The position numbers were made by a program, and so were the translations under genes. Under the pieces are notes generated by a model. The model was given only the letters and a program-made list of their open reading frames with translations, was not told the origin of the DNA and made no database searches. Below, one piece after another: positions 63,418 through 64,000 of a stretch of 64,000 nt of DNA. Position 1 is the stretch's first letter. Each line of letters begins with the position of its first letter. Source of the stretch: Rhodocyclaceae bacterium (GTDB taxonomy: Bacteria > Pseudomonadota > Gammaproteobacteria > Burkholderiales > Rhodocyclaceae); contig VEQK01000005.1 of the NCBI GenBank assembly GCA_018883265.1, forward strand, positions 6,190 through 70,189. Direction: 5' to 3'.

Positions 63418-64000
63418 ATGCCGATCACGCTGGCCAACCCACGAGGTTTCTGTGCCGGCGTGGAGCGGGCGATTGCCATCGTCGAGCGGGCGCTGGAACA
63501 GTTCGGTGCGCCGATCTACGTGCGCCACGAAGTCGTGCACAATAAATTTGTGGTCGATGGCCTTAAAACTCGTGGTGCAATCTTTATCGAGGCGCTGGAG
63601 GATGTGCCGGCCGGCGCAACGCTGGTTTTTAGCGCACACGGTGTACCGAAGTCCGTGCGCGATGATGCGGCTGCACGCGGTTTGCGCATTTTTGACGCAA
63701 CCTGTCCGTTGGTGACCAAGGTACACGTCGAGGTTGCAAAGATGCGGGCCGAGGGACGTGAAATCATCATGATCGGCCATAAAGGTCATCCGGAAGTCGA
63801 GGGCACGATGGGGCAATCGACAGGTGGTATGTATCTTGTTGAAACGGTTGAAGATGTCGCGAATCTTGAAGTGCCGAATCCGTCGATGCTGGCTTACGTA
63901 ACGCAAACCACGTTGTCGGTCGACGATGCAGCCAAGATCGTGAATGCGATACGCGCCAAGTTCCCCGAGATCGTTGGCCCGAAAAAGGACGATATTTGTT
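63418..64000 (+). CDS. ispH: 4-hydroxy-3-methylbut-2-enyl diphosphate reductase (3' end beyond window)
   Basis: [44 protein letters not shown]; an in-frame ATG also exists at 63382. Confidence 0.97.
   Translation, partial: MPITLANPRGFCAGVERAIAIVERALEQFGAPIYVRHEVVHNKFVVDGLKTRGAIFIEALEDVPAGATLVFSAHGVPKSVRDDAAARGLRIFDATCPLVTKVHVEVAKMRAEGREIIMIGHKGHPEVEGTMGQSTGGMYLVETVEDVANLEVPNPSMLAYVTQTTLSVDDAAKIVNAIRAKFPEIVGPKKDDIC

Overview
A densely packed betaproteobacterial chromosome segment. Gene order resembles Rhodocyclales/Burkholderiales; this taxonomy is inferred. Most of it is housekeeping: uvrA (cut by the left edge)/MFS/ssb/kup; mlaFEDACB-ABC-ibaG-murA-hisGD; hisBHAFIE-HIT-tatABC; sucCD; panBCD-folK-pcnB-hda; purM, miaA-mutL, dedA-purN-rsmB; queG, tsaE-amiC; and ribF-ileS-lspA-fkpB-ispH (cut by the right edge). 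I found no tRNA, rRNA, CRISPR array, integrase or transposase. The unusual content lies in four places. (1) A ~10.5 kb accessory block between sucD and a type IV pilin gene. It holds a P-type ATPase with an atypical PQEFP TM4 motif; a lower-GC TacAT-like toxin-antitoxin pair followed closely by a YecA/SEC-C protein with an extra N-terminal domain; an AcoR-type sigma54 aldehyde dehydrogenase unit with a readable promoter and enhancer; and an overlapping three-gene unit (PyrR-like PRTase, second PRTase, membrane protein) behind a hairpin that covers the first gene's SD. (2) A rearranged his cluster with a chromate-transporter pair after hisD and an inverted hisC. (3) A divergent CMD/DUF2892 pair around an AT-rich palindrome. 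(4) A WbuC-like cupin coupled to queG. All calls come from motif recognition and hand alignment; no database search or folding was run.
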